From NCBI RefSeq assembly GCF_000143415.4, contig NW_003314288.1:1770672-1834671 (forward strand): a stretch of DNA of 64,000 nt, in the 5' to 3' direction. Every line of letters starts with the position of its first letter. The stretch's first letter is position 1. The stretch comes from Selaginella moellendorffii (taxonomy: Eukaryota; Plantae; Lycopodiophyta). The position numbers and the translations under genes are program-made. Below the pieces are notes generated by a model. It was given only the letters and a program-made list of their open reading frames with translations. It made no database searches and was not told the DNA's origin. This document shows positions 39,198 through 52,519 of the stretch, piece after piece.

Positions 39198-40894
39198 ATG
39201 CAGCATTTTGGGGCTACCACGCTTTACGAGGATCACAACTACTTTGCTCGCTCCTCGGAAGCTTTCACGCTGGAAGGGGGCCTGGGTTCCGACACCGGCG
39301 CTGGCTTGCTGGATCTTACTGACACACTCGAGAAGCAGCTCGAGGCCTCGAATCTGGCGCTAAGTGACGCTCCACAACTCAGCTCGGAGTTGAACGTCCC
39401 TTCCACGGAATTCGAATTGGATGACCATGGCCAGCTCCTCCATGACATGTTGCAGCAGCAGCAGCCAGCAACCAGCAACACCGTCACATCCTCCACCACC
39501 ACTGCCGCCACCTGGGAGGAAAACGTCCATGTCCTCCAGGAGATGCTTATGCAGCAGCAGCACATCCAAGTCCAACAGCAGCAGCAAAACTTCTTCGGCA
39601 ACTCCACGCCACCAAAGTTCCGAAGAGAGTCGGAGCTTCTGAGCCTCCTCCAGCTTCCACGCTGTGCTTCAGGAGGAACTATCTCTGGACCATTCAGTTC
39701 CGTGATCTCCAAAAAACTGAGCCATCCCGCAGTGTCATCCTTCACCGCCGCCGAGATAGGAGGGGACTCTTCTCATCTCCACGGACAGCAAATGCTTCCC
39801 CAGCCTTCCTTCAGGCACTTGCTCCACACCTTGCCTCATCCGCCCGACCACCCGAGCTCGAAGCCGGGTATAATGCGTCCCCCTGGCTTGCTGGACTATG
39901 AAGACCGAGATAACAGCGCCGGTCACGAAGAGCGCCGGCTCTTTCCAAGCCTGATCGAAAAGAGGGACTTCACTTTCGCCAAAGGAGCAGAGAGCCGAGG
40001 CATCAACCACTTTGCAACCGAGCGGCAGCGGCGTGAATACCTCAACGAGAAGTATCAGACTTTGAGATCCTTGGTCCCAAACCCCTCAAAGGTTCGTTCC
40101 GCATTCCTGAGCCTCCGGCCTGCTGTCCATGCTGTTCGTTCTTCCGCTGTGCTGCATTTTTCTTTCGGCCGAACCAAGTCTCACTCCAATCTATGATCGC
40201 AGGCTGATAGAGCTTCTATAGTCGCGGACGCCATCGACTATGTCAAGGAGCTCAAGAGAACCGTCCAAGAGTTGCAGCTGCTCGTCGAGGAGAAGAGACG
40301 CGGCTCCAACAAGCGGTGCAAGGCGTCACCGGACGATCCCTCGGCCACGGACGTGGAGAGCACCACCGTGATGCAGCAGCCGGGAGGTACGAGAGTGTCC
40401 AAAGAGACAACTTTCCTGGGCGATGGCTCGCAGCTCCGGAGCTCCTGGCTGCAAAGAACATCGCAGATGGGAACGCACATCGACGTCAGGATCGTGGACG
40501 ACGAAGTGAATATCAAGCTCACCCAGAGGAGACGACGCAACTACGTGCTCCTCGCAGTGCTGAAGAGCTTGGACGAGCTCCGCCTCGATCTACTCCACGC
40601 CAATGGAGCCAGTATTGGCGAGCACCACATTTTCATGTTCAACACCAAGGTAGTGCTCGCTCCTTCCTCCTTTCTTCTTTCTCTTTTCCTTTTCTATTTC
40701 TTTCTTTTCTCCTCCGCGTTGATCTTGCCAAGGTAGACGCGATCCATCAGCACATCGCTAAACTCTGGAAAGAAAGTTTGGATTTTCGGTCTTTGCAGAT
40801 AATGGAAGGGACGGCTACCTTTGCGGGCCAAGTAGCGGCGAAGCTGATCGATGCGGTGGACCGGCATATAACCCTGGCCTCGTCGAGCTACTGA
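39198..40894 (+). CDS. bHLH transcription factor, subfamily II (bHLH010/089/091, EAT1/TIP2-like)
   Basis: [46 protein letters not shown] and ACT-like LRSSWLQR...IDVRIVDDEVNIKL...IFMFNTKIMEG; 3 coding exons. Confidence 0.92.
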
Positions 40895-41184
40895 CGATCG
40901 AGAAAAGCTCCCAAATCTCCGAGAAGCTGGATCATCTAGGGAGAGCACAAGATTCTTTGATAGATCACTAGCAAGAACAAGATTGAAATCTAATGCTTAA
41001 CATACCCGGCTCCATCGATCGATCTCTCTCCCTCGCGCGTTGATCGATCTCTCTCGGATCGCGTAGAACCTAAAACCTAGAGGATTATCCACGTGTCGCA
41101 ATTCTAGCGAGTGCGCGCGCTTTTCTCGATCATAACGAGAACAAACTAGATACAAAGAATAGGGTTTAGGAGGAGTGAGTGGGG

Positions 41185-42360
41185 ATGGAGCTCACGCCGG
41201 AGGAGCTCACCGGGATCTACACTTGGGTATGCTTGCTCCTCGCAAATGCGCGCTTCGATCGCTTCTAAGCTGACCGGCATTGTTTAGTCCCGCCGCAGGT
41301 GGATGAGATTCCCTTGTCCAGGCCAAAGAAGAACATCGCCAGGGATTTCAGCGATGGAGGTATAGAATGCCCGTTTTTTTCTGGATTTTAGGCAAGCTCT
41401 TAGCTTTAGATGGAACATATGATTGATTTCTTCTTCTTCTGTCCAGTGCTTGCTGCCGAGGTTGTATCGTATTACTGCCCTCGACTTGTTGACATCCACA
41501 ACTATAGCGCTGCAAACAGCTTGGCACAAAAGATGTACAATTGGAGCACTTTGAATGGTAAGGGATTTTTCCTTTTTTCCTTCTTTCTCTTTTTTCATTC
41601 TCGTGATCTCCCAGAAAGAGTGTTCAAGCACTTCAATCTTCAGCTATCCAAGGAGGACATTAGCGCTGTGGCGGGTGCCCAGCCTTTGGTGATCGAGGCT
41701 TTCTTGAAGCTTTTGAAAAGCAAGGTACTGGCACGAGCGTGCACGGGAGCACTTGTGTTTTCTCTTCGGATTTAAACGTGTGATGCTGTGGCTGGCAGCT
41801 GGAGAAATGCCCGTCATCCGCAGCCCGGAAATGTGAAACCGATAAAGCTGATGAGGGTAAGACGTACGCTCAGCCTGGAATGTATATACATACCGAGAAT
41901 TCCTCCTGTGCTTGCAGAGTGCAGGCCTCGCGTTCCGAGAAGGTGGTTTGTTTTCTTCCAGATATGTTTTGATATTGCCATTTACGTGCTTTGTTCCAGA
42001 CATTTTTTCGAAAAGAGCAGCAGTGCGGATAGAACATCGTCTTTGGTATGGTATCATTTCTTGTCTTGTTGATCTAATCTCGGCCTCAACAGGCATCGCA
42101 CAAGGCTGCCGCTCAACTTTCCGACTCGGAAACGCAGACTTTGGCGTCGCAAGAAAATGATTCAAATGGTGTGGTAGCTACTCCAGCTCCAAACACGGCA
42201 CAGATTCGCGAGCTGCAAGAAACCATTGAGGTGGTTCCTGCTTTATTTTTTTCCTGGCTGAGAATTCTTGTGTGAACAGGTCTTAGAAGCCAAGGTTTTC
42301 AGGCTAGAGCAGCTCATGAAGCTCAAGGGCGGGAAAACGGGACGGCTGAAAAGGTTATAG
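41185..42360 (+). CDS. SPEF1: Sperm flagellar protein 1 (SPEF1/CLAMP; CH-like domain plus C-terminal coiled coil)
   Basis: Spliced translation IYTWVDEIPLSRPKKNIARDFSDGVLAAEVV...LVDIHNYSAANSLAQKMYNWSTLN..VFK and IRELQETIEVLEAKVFRLEQLMKLK. Confidence 0.88.
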
Positions 42361-43385
42361 AACAAGGTCAACGCCTGTGTATTTTTCTATATAGCATGTC
42401 AATAGATCGTTACGGGTGGCTGCTTTTCTATTTAATTGTCGTCCTGGGGAAAGATTGCCATGCATAGTTCGTAGCTGCTCAACTTTCCTGGATTGCTGAT
42501 AAGAGCGCGCTTGCGGAACTGAAAACGGTTGACCCGTCGTTAAACTGGTGAACTTTGTCAAGAGATATTTCTTTTTGCAGAATTCTTCGTGCTTCCCTCA
42601 TTGAATTCCGTGATGCAGATGGTCTTCTGGAGAGCAGAACGCGACGAGCGAACACTAAGCAGTATAAAGTGCAGAATGTGACGAGGTAACACAATGGAGA
42701 AGTAAATGGACCACACAGCCGACCGCAACGTTTGATAGTTACAAGCAACTGACACGCCATGGTCTCACATCGTTTTCTATTTCCATAGAAGACCCATACG
42801 TAAGCGTTGCGACTTTTTTTTTCTGGTAACAGTTCTCTCTTGATCGATACCAAAAGGAGAATAACTTTGCTTTGCTACAGGAATGCGCGACAAGAGTCTC
42901 TCTCGGTGCCAACTTTCCCGAAAGCCGTGATACGGGATTGCGATGAGTTCAAATGGCCCTGTTAAAGGTATTGCTGTGAATTATACGAGTTGTGCTGAAG
43001 TTTTATGAAGGGAGACTGACCAAACGAATGCGACGAGCTACCACCTTTTGATTGAATAGAATCAAAGGACCACACGGGGATGAGATAGCCGCAGCGATTC
43101 AAAGGGGTTTGATGAGCGACCTTCACTGGACAAGGAAATGCCATCTCGTATTTGTCAGGCGCAGGCACTGTGAAGTTGCTTGTTCCTCTCAACGCAACGA
43201 GAAAGAGGAAAATAGACACAAAGGTGCGTGGTTCTTTCGGTTGGCTCATCTCACTCAAAGAGCGCTGCGTGTTGACGGTGGCTCCTCTATCCGTCACGCG
43301 CTACCCCATTTATAATGAAGCTATGGTGTGCTCTGTTCGCAGAGCTCGACGACGCAAGAAGTCATCAAGGACTTCGTGACAGACG

Positions 43386-44572
43386 ATGAAACTCGGAGGA
43401 GACAACGCTATTCATCATCTCTGCTGGCTATTCTCGCTTCTGTCAATTACGGGTACGTGAACATCCATCGTACATTTCGAGATTTCTAAACTTCCAACTT
43501 CTTCTTCTTNNNNNNNNNNNNNNNNNNNNNNNNNNNNNNNNNNNNNNNNNNNNNNNNNNNNNNNNNNNNNNNNNNNNNNNNNNNNNNNNNNNNNNNNNNN
43601 NNNNNNNNNAGAGTGGCCAACAATCTCCCCTCGCCATCCACCGCCGTGTCGCTCATTAAGTCGCTGGGAATCGACCGCGTCAAGATCTTCGATGCCGACT
43701 CTCAAGTTCTCGCAGCTCTGGCCAACACCAGCATCAAAGTCTCGATAATGGTGAGGAACCAAGACATCCCCGGCATCGCCTCCAACGCTAGCCACGCCGA
43801 TTCATGGGTCGCTCAGAACGTAGTCCACCACTACCCGGCCACGCACATCGCCACCATTCTCGTCGGCAACGAGATCCTGTCCGACACGAGCATCAAGTCG
43901 AGCACCTGGCCAGCGCTCGTCCCGGCAATGGAGAACATTTTCGCGTCCCTCCAGGCCAGGAATCTAACGGCCAAAATCAAGGTCAGCACGCCGCTCGCGT
44001 CCGACGCTCTCTCCACATCCTACCCTCCATCGGCTGGCACATTCCATTCCGAAATCGCGACCAGCGTCATCCAGCCGTTGCTCGCATTCCTGGCCAAAAC
44101 CGGCTCATCGTACCACGCCAACGTTTATCCGTACTTCGCCTACGCCGGGAACTCTGGCCAAATCTCGCTTGAGTACGCCCTGTTTGGGTCAGGGTCCACG
44201 GTCGTACAGGACGGCAGCCTGGGCTACCGGGATCTGCTGGATGCCATGGTGGATTCCACGTTTGCCGCCATGGAGAGGCTAGGATATGGGGATATTCCGC
44301 TGGTGATCAGCGAGACAGGGTGGCCGTCAGCCGGAGATTCCGGCCAGGTGGGCGCCAGTGTTGACAATGCGCAGCTCTACAACGCAAGGCTTGCAAAGAA
44401 GGTGGCGAGCTCGCAAGGGACGCCCAAGAGGCCTGGAGTTTCGATTCCCACGTACATCTTTGCCCTCTTTAACGAGAATGAGAAGTCCGGGGCGGGCACA
44501 GAGAGGAATTTTGGGATCTTTTACCCTAGTGGGTCGCGAGTGTATGATCTGAACCTCTCGGGCAAGAGCTAG
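43386..44572 (+). CDS. GH17 beta-1,3-glucanase, interrupted by an assembly gap
   Basis: ANNLPSP...VKIFDAD, ILVGNE, NVYPYFAY, VISETGWPSAG, YIFALFNENEK.G..TERNFG; signal-peptide exon at 43386. Confidence 0.93.
43510..43609. other. Assembly gap (100 N)
   Basis: Run of N. Confidence 1.
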
Positions 44573-46503
44573 TCCCCACAAAGTTTTCAAGCATTATAAA
44601 ACTATAAAACTACTTAAAACGCTTAGATCATTTTTAGTATTAACACACACTCTCTCTGTCTGTGGGAATCCTCAATGTGTGTAAACCTCCTACGTAAGAC
44701 TGGATAGGTTTCTCTGCCTGCCACTGCTGATACAGCGCTCACCATGGCCTCCACTATCTCCAGACCCAATCCCATAGGTGATATGTTGCCCAGTCCGAAG
44801 CAGTCCCAAAGCTTGGGGTTTTGTCAAAGACAAAAAGGGTCATGTTGTAGATTTTTTCCAATCTTGAGTTGTCTATAGCAAGAAGTATTTTGCTTCCTTG
44901 ATTCAATGCTTTAGAAACTGTTGCACTTGCACAATATGATTTATTTATATGGATCTTAATTATATTTATTAATAATTTGTTAATTTATAATGTATAGAAA
45001 AGCATAGAAGATCCGGGAAATTCTAGAATATTTATCAATCTAAAATTCAAAGCCTGATCAGAGGAACAAGATTATTCTAGATATACCCACTAGTGTTGAC
45101 CAAAAATAAATTCCTTTATAGCTATTCAGAAAAACTTTTAGCAAGTTTGTAAGAATGTGGAGATGAAAAATGAGTACATACTCTATGTTCTTGAGGACGA
45201 TTTCAAGAAGGTAGTTGGCATACGGTAACTGCAAATAGTATGGTTATATGATGTTGTTATTGTTGTTGTTTTTGTTATTATTATTATTATTATTATATGA
45301 TCCAAGAAAGAATGAAAGAATGACAATGAACCATATTAAATATTGTTTTAGTGATTCTAGTGAAGAATTGGAGGGAGCGTATCAAACTAGAGGTGAGAAA
45401 GATGAACAATAGAATACATCTCCTAAGATCCCATTAGCATTAAACTACATAGCTTCAAATATGGAATGTTAAGAATATAAGAGATAAATAAATTACTCAA
45501 ATCTGGAAGCACAACCAAATGCTTGCTCAAGTCCTACTTGCTCTATACAGTTCCAACAGTTGAACATTCAACTTTCTACACTCTATGCATTGACTATAAG
45601 CTAAGGCATCTCAAATTGCTGGTCAACTTAAGACAAGAGCCTCCCACTCAAGGCTGTAAAAATTAGTTGTTGCCAATTAAAGCACTCAAAACATCCAACT
45701 TTAGGCATAATACTAGCAGCATCTAGAATATTGGCAACTTAACCCCAAGCTCCTTAAGGCTTAGATTTTAATCCTTTTCCCTTCATGAGCCTAAGGCATC
45801 ATGATGCATGATATTTGTTTTGAGAAAAGTTGAATTCTTACAATCCTTTATTTTTTCTACCACGACATTGACATATATAACTACAATTTTTTTATCTTAA
45901 TGGAAAACCAATAATTTATTATTTTATTATTGTTATTTGATTATTAAATATGTTGGTGATATATATTACATCATATATATATAACCCAAATTTCTTGCTC
46001 TAGTAATTTCAATCTCTAACTTTGATGTGGGATGAAGAAAAAAGTCTTATAATGAGTTTAACCATAGAGTTAGCATTAAATTCAGTTAATATAGAAATGA
46101 ACACTCCCATCATAAGATGACATTCTATGTCTTTAACATCTCTTTAATATTTGTGTGTAAAATCTTAATTTCCTTTAGTGACTGATACTAAACAATAATT
46201 TTGATTAGATGCTCATCCTCAGTTAGAATAGGATGAGGTGTTGCAATCTTGGCCCTAGAAAACAAGTCAAAATCAAAAAGATTAATATACTCATTCTTGA
46301 GTCTGTCCACCACTACAACATAATGACTATCAAAGGAATCTAGAAAGGGAATAGAGAAGCAAAATTGAAACACAGTAAGAAATAATGAAGAGGCAAAAGT
46401 GATAGAAACAAAGGGATGAAAGGGAATAAAAGTGAGAATAATGGAAGAAATGTGAAGAAATATGAGACAAAGGGGAGAAGCCTTAAAATCACACTTACCA
46501 TGA

Positions 46504-47468
46504 TTGTGCTACAATCAATCTAAACTAATAATAATATCAAAAGTTGGACTCAACACCATCTATAACAATTAAAGTTCAAGCTCAAAATCTCCCACATGCA
46601 TAATTAGGTCTACTTCATTCCGTGTACATGCATATGTATAACTATTACTATAAAAAATGAAAATTGGTTGTATTACATAACACAACTATACATAGCAATA
46701 TGTGGCAACAAGCCAAGCAATAGAAGATAAATTCAAACCTTTATCAACCAATATAGAAAGAATAATATAAGACTTCTTGTTATAAAAACAAGCTTGGAAA
46801 TTAAATACTTGATGAATTGGTGCTGAGTAAACTTGTGCTGCAATCAATCTATACTAATAATAATATCAAAAGTTGGACTCAACACCACCTATAACAATTA
46901 AAGTTCAAGCTCAAAATCTCCCACATGCATAATTAGGTCTACTTCATTCCGTGTACATGCATATGTATAACTATTACTATAAAAAATGAAAATTGGTTGT
47001 ATTACATAACACAACTATACATAGCAATATGTGGCAGCAAGCCAAGCAATAGAAGATAAATTCAAACCTTTATCAACCAATATAGAAAGAATAATATAAG
47101 ACTTCTTGTTATAAAAACAAGCTTGGAAATTAAATACTTGATGAATTGGTGCTGAGTAAACTTGTGCTGCAATCAATCTATACTAATAATAATATCAAAA
47201 GTTAGACTCAACACCACCTATAACAATTAAAGTTCAAGCTTAAAATCTCCCACACGCATAATTAGGTCTACCTTATCCCGTCTACATGCATATGTATAAC
47301 TATTACTATAAAAAATGAAAATTGGTTGTACTACATGACACAACTATATATAGCAATATGTGGCAATAAGCTGAGCAATAGAAGATAAATTCAAACCTGT
47401 ATCAATCGATATAGAAAGAATAATATGAGACTTCTTGTTATAAAAACAACCTTGGAAATTAAATATTT
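46504..47468. repeat. AT-rich tandem repeat, 329-bp unit, about 2.9 copies
   Basis: TTGTGCT.CAATCAATCTA.ACTAATAATAATATC recurs at 46504, 46833 and 47162. Confidence 0.92.
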
Positions 47469-48787
47469 AACCCTTTAATAATACTCTCGAAAGAAGGATA
47501 AAAGGGTTATTAATTTATTCATATAAGGACCCTCTACTACTTGTGTGACTCCTCATTTTCTTAAAAAATCTCCATATCAAAACCTTCCATTATACTAACA
47601 CCAACAAAATGTTATTAACGTTAAAACCTCCACCTAAGAAATGGAAGATATTAATTTGGAAAATGCCAACAATGCTGATACATATGGTTAACTTCATCAC
47701 ATGCCCAATAATAGACATCACTGCCACAACCATGTCCTCACTTTTATCTTTGAACATGAGAAGCAACAACATCAACCTCCATTAGAACAAAACTATCTCC
47801 CACAAAAAGTAGAGCTAAAGGATATGTAATCAAAAGTGGAAGAGATGATGTTTTATAATATTATGCTAGTCGAAAAGCATCATCAAAGGTGGTTGAAGTA
47901 AGTATATGCATAAGTCTCACAAGAACTTAACAAAGTGTTGGCCACTATATTCCCAACTTGATTCACTCTAACATATTTGGCTCTACATGAAGCAAAAGGC
48001 TTTCGAAGTGAATGCCAAATTGCATTATTAACTCAAATGACCTTTGACAAAGATGATGTAATTATTAAAAAGCATTATCACAATTGTTAACATATTCAAA
48101 TGCCCTTAAAGATGTTTGAGAGAATATTCTAATTTGCACAAGTGGCTGCACTCAAACCATTATACCATTGCAATACCATCCTTTAGAAAAATATAGGAAA
48201 CTCATGCAAATGCCAAATATCATCCTAAGAATGATAGGTAGCAATCACTGTAAAGTGATTAAACTAATGGTACACATTATCTTCAAGATTTTTATAGAAG
48301 AACTCCAACAAAATTCGAGAAAAATAGAAAGAGCTATACCATATGCCATGAATGCCACCCTCAACTAAGTTTGATTATTCAACTGTAATTGTATAACATC
48401 AAGCAATTGCATCAACTACTACTCTAGAATCAAAGGAGGAAGAAACTAGTGATCTGCTATGAAGATAAATGAAAAGGAAAAAAACAAAAAAGTAAAAATT
48501 GAAAAAGTTACAAGGACAGTGAGATCTAGACAATATAAAATCTAGATCTAAACCAAAATCTTAAATTAAAGCACTCCATAAAGACAATTAAAATTGCTAT
48601 TCACCTCCATCAATATGAGTGCATGGAATATGGAAATGAAATACAGAAATTTGCATATTAATTAGCCAAAAAATCCTAGCTTATATACAATAATAAGTAG
48701 TATAGATTGAAATCAATCCAATGGCTATTAAAATCTCATTATGCTAATATTAGTATATGGCATTGTAGCCACACACTTGGACCTCAC

Positions 48788-48792
48788 ATATG

Positions 48793-48860
<68 letters not shown>
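48788..48860. repeat. (TA)n microsatellite
   Basis: Directly visible TA run with a few G interruptions. Confidence 0.95.
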
Positions 48861-48861
<1 letters not shown>

Positions 48862-50378
48862 ACACTTCCAAATAGTAAATAAAAATGTAAGGATAATACG
48901 AAAAAACCATAAAATTACACAAAACTCATAATATAAGAAATCAAAAATATAGATGCATAGCTGTCTTTTATGTATTATACTTTGCATGAATATTTAGAAT
49001 GACTAAAGATATAGTGGCTTACATATTAGTATTATAAGGTCCAAATCTACATCTACAATGTTGTAAACTAATATATACACATTTTTATATTCCATATACT
49101 TACATTAGTGGAAATAAGAGGCAACTTTGATTATCCCTAAGGAATTTTGGATTTGGGGTTTTGGTTTAGATTTAGCTTTTGCATTGTTTAAATTTCATTT
49201 TTCTTATAGCTTTTTTAATTTCTTCTCTTTTTTTTTTTCCTTTTCATTCATCTTTATGGTAGAGCAATAGCCTTTTCCTCCTTTGACATTGGAGCACCAA
49301 TTAGTGCAATTGTTTAATGCTATATAGTTGCAGTTGAACAATCAGACTTAATTGATGGCCGCATTCACGGCATGTAGTATAACTTCTCATACTTGTAAGC
49401 GACTACATTTTTCATTATACTTTTACCACTTAACCACACTTCTGACCACTTAGAGTGTCTCACTCACAACTTCCATGAGTTCTATTCTAGACTTAGGGGA
49501 CTTGCTAGCCCCAAAAATGGCACCACTCAACCTTTGCATTTGGTCCAAGTGCTCCACGTGTTGATCTTATAATCGACACCCAAAGGTACCATCGATATAT
49601 TAGCTTGTTACGTTAAGGCCATGCCCATTCATCTTTGTCATACCAGTGATCCAACACCATCTATATCAAAGTCCTGTTTCTTAAGGACTGGGCTATCCAT
49701 CCATAAGGGATCATCCCAGAATCTACTCTTTAGTATCTTTAGAATGCCTGTAGACATGGGGAACAACCTTCTCCAATATCCTTTTTTTTGTCCCCACCAA
49801 GTATATGGCTATGTTCACCAACACTGCCACTAAGTCAAGGCCTACAAACTCAACCACTATGTCCCACTAACCTCTGGGACTTCCTCACCATGTGACCATA
49901 TCCTTAATCTCTATACCAGAGGATTGCTCCTCTTCCTTTCCATAGTCTGGGACTTTGGGACAACATTTCAGGACATCATGGCCTTATGCGAGCTTCATAA
50001 ATGCTCTCCCCACCTTTCGCCTTTAGGTGCCCTAGCCATATGGCTAGAGTGAAGTTCTATACATCCGATATCCAAGTAAGTAGTACCACCCACAATTAGA
50101 TTGGGAGCATCGACTATTCAATCTCTCGAGGGAGCTAGAGTCGGCTCTTGAACACTTCACTAAGCTACCCTGCTTGTTTGTCTGTATATACTTTAGCTTT
50201 GGACTACTTAGTTTAGCTTTCACCCCATAGTTTGTATGAGTATTTGGACTTGGACTCGAACACAAACTTGGTTTCGGTCTCAATCTCTATCTCGGGTCCA
50301 TCTCAAACTTCATCTCGGATTCCATATTAGGTCCATCTCGGACTTTATCTCAAGTCCATCTCGAACTCCATCTTAGGT

Positions 50379-50943
50379 TCATCTCGGACTCCATCTCGGT
50401 GTAAGCTCCTGAGTTTGGACTTCCCGGGAGGTCACCCAGCCTAGTACTATTCAAACCCAATGACGCTTAACCCCAAATATCCCAAGACCCTTAACCGATT
50501 GGAAAAGGGGGTGCACTCTTATTCATGGGCCCTTTCCCTCTATATTTGAACCCTTATGGATCATCTCTCGAGTCATTCCCTTTGGTTGCTTACAATCCAC
50601 CACGCTTCCCTGCAAGTTCATGCCCTCATGAACGGAAGCTGAGAGCCGCATCATCTCGGACTCCATCTCGGTGTAAGCTTCTGAGTTTGGACTTCCCGGG
50701 AGGTCACCCAGCCCAGTACTATTCAAACCCAATGACGCTTAACCCCAAATATCCCAAGACCCTTAACCAATTGGAAAAGGGGGTGCACTCTTATTCATGG
50801 GCCCTTTCCCTCTATATTTGAACCCCTATGGATCGTCTTTCGAGTCATTCCCTTTGGTTGTTTACAATCCACCACGCTTCCCTGCAAGTTCACGCCCTCG
50901 TGAACAGAAGCTGAGAGCCGCATCATCTCGGACTCCATCTCGG
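50379..50943 (-). repeat. Two extra tandem copies of a 272-bp unit (host flank + TRIM LTR + PPT end)
   Basis: TRIM LTR starts at 50400, 50672 and 50944, each preceded by TCATCTCGGACTCCATCTCGG. Confidence 0.92.
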
Positions 50944-51539
50944 TGTAAGCTCCTGAGTTTGGACTTCCCGGGAGGTCACCCAGCCCAGTACTATTCAAAC
51001 CCAATGACGCTTAACCCCAAATATCCCAAGACCCTTAACCGATTGGAAAAGGGGGTGCACTCTTATTCATAGGCCCTTTCCCTCTATATTTGAACCCCTA
51101 TGGATCGTCTCTCGAGTCGTTCCCTTTGGTTGCTTACAATCCACCACGCTTCCCTGCAAGTTCACACTCTCGTGAACGGAAGCTGAGAGCCGCAGCTCTC
51201 CCGAGAGCCCCGCTCTCTTGACACCCTACCCCTCGGGTCGAGCCCAGCGGGAGCAAATTGGACTAGCCAGATGTCAATCAACATGTGGTGCGATTCCCCT
51301 AGCCAACCAACAGAGTCGGACCTGAGACCCCCTCTGATACCAAATGTAAGCTCCTGAGTTTGGACTTCCCGGGAGGTCACTCAACCCAATACTATTCAAA
51401 CCCAAGGACGCTTAACCCCAAATATCCCAAGACCCTTAACCGATTGAAAAAGGGGGTGCACTCTTATTCATGGGCCCTTTCCCTCTATATTTGAACCCCT
51501 ATGGATCGTCTCTCGAGTCGTTCCCTTTGGTTGCTTACA
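50944..51539 (-). mobile_element. Intact Cassandra-type TRIM (non-autonomous LTR retrotransposon with a 5S rRNA core in its LTRs)
   Basis: 195-bp LTRs at 50944-51138 and 51345-51539 with TGTAAGC...GCTTACA ends; minus-strand PBS TGGTATCAGAG and PPT GGGAAGCGTGGTGGAT; 206-bp non-coding interior; TSD CTCGG; 5S-like GTTAAGCGT...TGGGTGACCTCCCGGGAAGTCC at 51015-50961. Confidence 0.93.
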
Positions 51540-52331
51540 CTCGGGTTTATCTCGGACTCCATGTCAAATCCATCTCAGACTCCATCTCAGGTCCATCTCG
51601 AACTCCATCTCAGGTCCATCTCAGACTCCATCTTGAACTCCATTTCGGGTCCACTTCGAACTCTATCTCAAGTCCATCTCAGACTCCAGCTTGGACTCCA
51701 TCTCATACTTCATCTCGAGTCCAAATCGGGCTCCATCTCGAGTCCAAATCGGGCTCTATCTCGGACTCTATCCTAGGTCCCTTTCTAGAGACTCACTTAT
51801 TGCTTGTGTCATGCTCATTCCTCGAGCCCTTTGTTGGAGGGTTCCACTCCCACTCTTAACTTTTCAAATCAGAACTTTTAATCCAAACATGTTATGCTTG
51901 TTTGGCTTTCGCTTCAGCCACTACCACATGGCACCCTTTTGGCTCCATTTTGGGGCTTAGGGATTTGTGTCTCACAATACTCTTATTAGCAATCCTCACT
52001 TTCGGTCAGGGTACTTCTATAGGAATCTTAGGGATAATGTGTACTATTGGTTCAATCAATTTATGGTGATTGTTACTTAACATTCTTGGGATGATCTTTA
52101 AGGTCTATGTGAGTATCCCACATATCTCTACAAAATAGCACTGCAATGGTACAATAATTTGAGTGTAGCTACTTTTTGTAAGCTACTAAAGGGAATGAAT
52201 GATACTGGGTTGGGTGAACTCCTAGAAAGTCTAAATTCAAAAGCTTATATTTAGTATCAAAGTGGTATCAAGTTTGACTCTATTAGTTATCTATTCATGA
52301 GGGTGTGAACTTGTAAAGAAGTGTGATAAAT

Positions 52332-52519
52332 TATAAGCAACCAAAGGGAATAACTCGAGAGACAATCTATTAAAGTTTAAATATACAAAAGAAAAACCTA
52401 TGAATATCCCTTTTTTTTAATCGGTTAAAGATTTTAGGATACTTGGTGTTAAGCGTCCTTGGGTTTAAATAGTATTAGGTTAGGTGACTTCCTATGAAGT
52501 CCAAATTTAGGAGCTTACA
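52332..52519 (+). mobile_element. Degenerate solo LTR of the Cassandra-type TRIM
   Basis: TATAAGCAACCAAAGGG...GTTAAGCGTCCTTGGG...GGTGACTTCC...AGGAGCTTACA with many transitions relative to the intact LTR. Confidence 0.85.

Larger units (their letters stand above)
49390..51976 (-). mobile_element. Decayed gypsy-like LTR plus internal remnant, host of the TRIM insertion; boundaries approximate
   Basis: Degenerate 12-mer array GGACTCCATCTC (reverse complement GAGATGGAGTCC, like the chromovirus LTR 12-mers) at ~50270-50399 and 51540-51790; LTR-like end ...TCTCACA at 51976. Confidence 0.45.

Noticed and set aside
42420-43380. Possible small gene between SPEF1 and the glucanase
   Set aside because: A few splice-like signals but no coherent reading frame or motif could be assembled.
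50961-51015. True 5S rRNA gene
   Set aside because: Only the ~55-nt internal control region is present, without the 5S 5' half, and it is embedded in TRIM LTRs.
50270-51790. CRISPR-like array from the 12-mer and 272-bp repeats
   Set aside because: No unique spacers, eukaryotic context, and the repeats are explained by LTR sequence.
50523-51859. Repeated ORFs MGLNSTGLGD... and MGPFPLYLNP...
   Set aside because: Chance frames across repeated TRIM LTRs.
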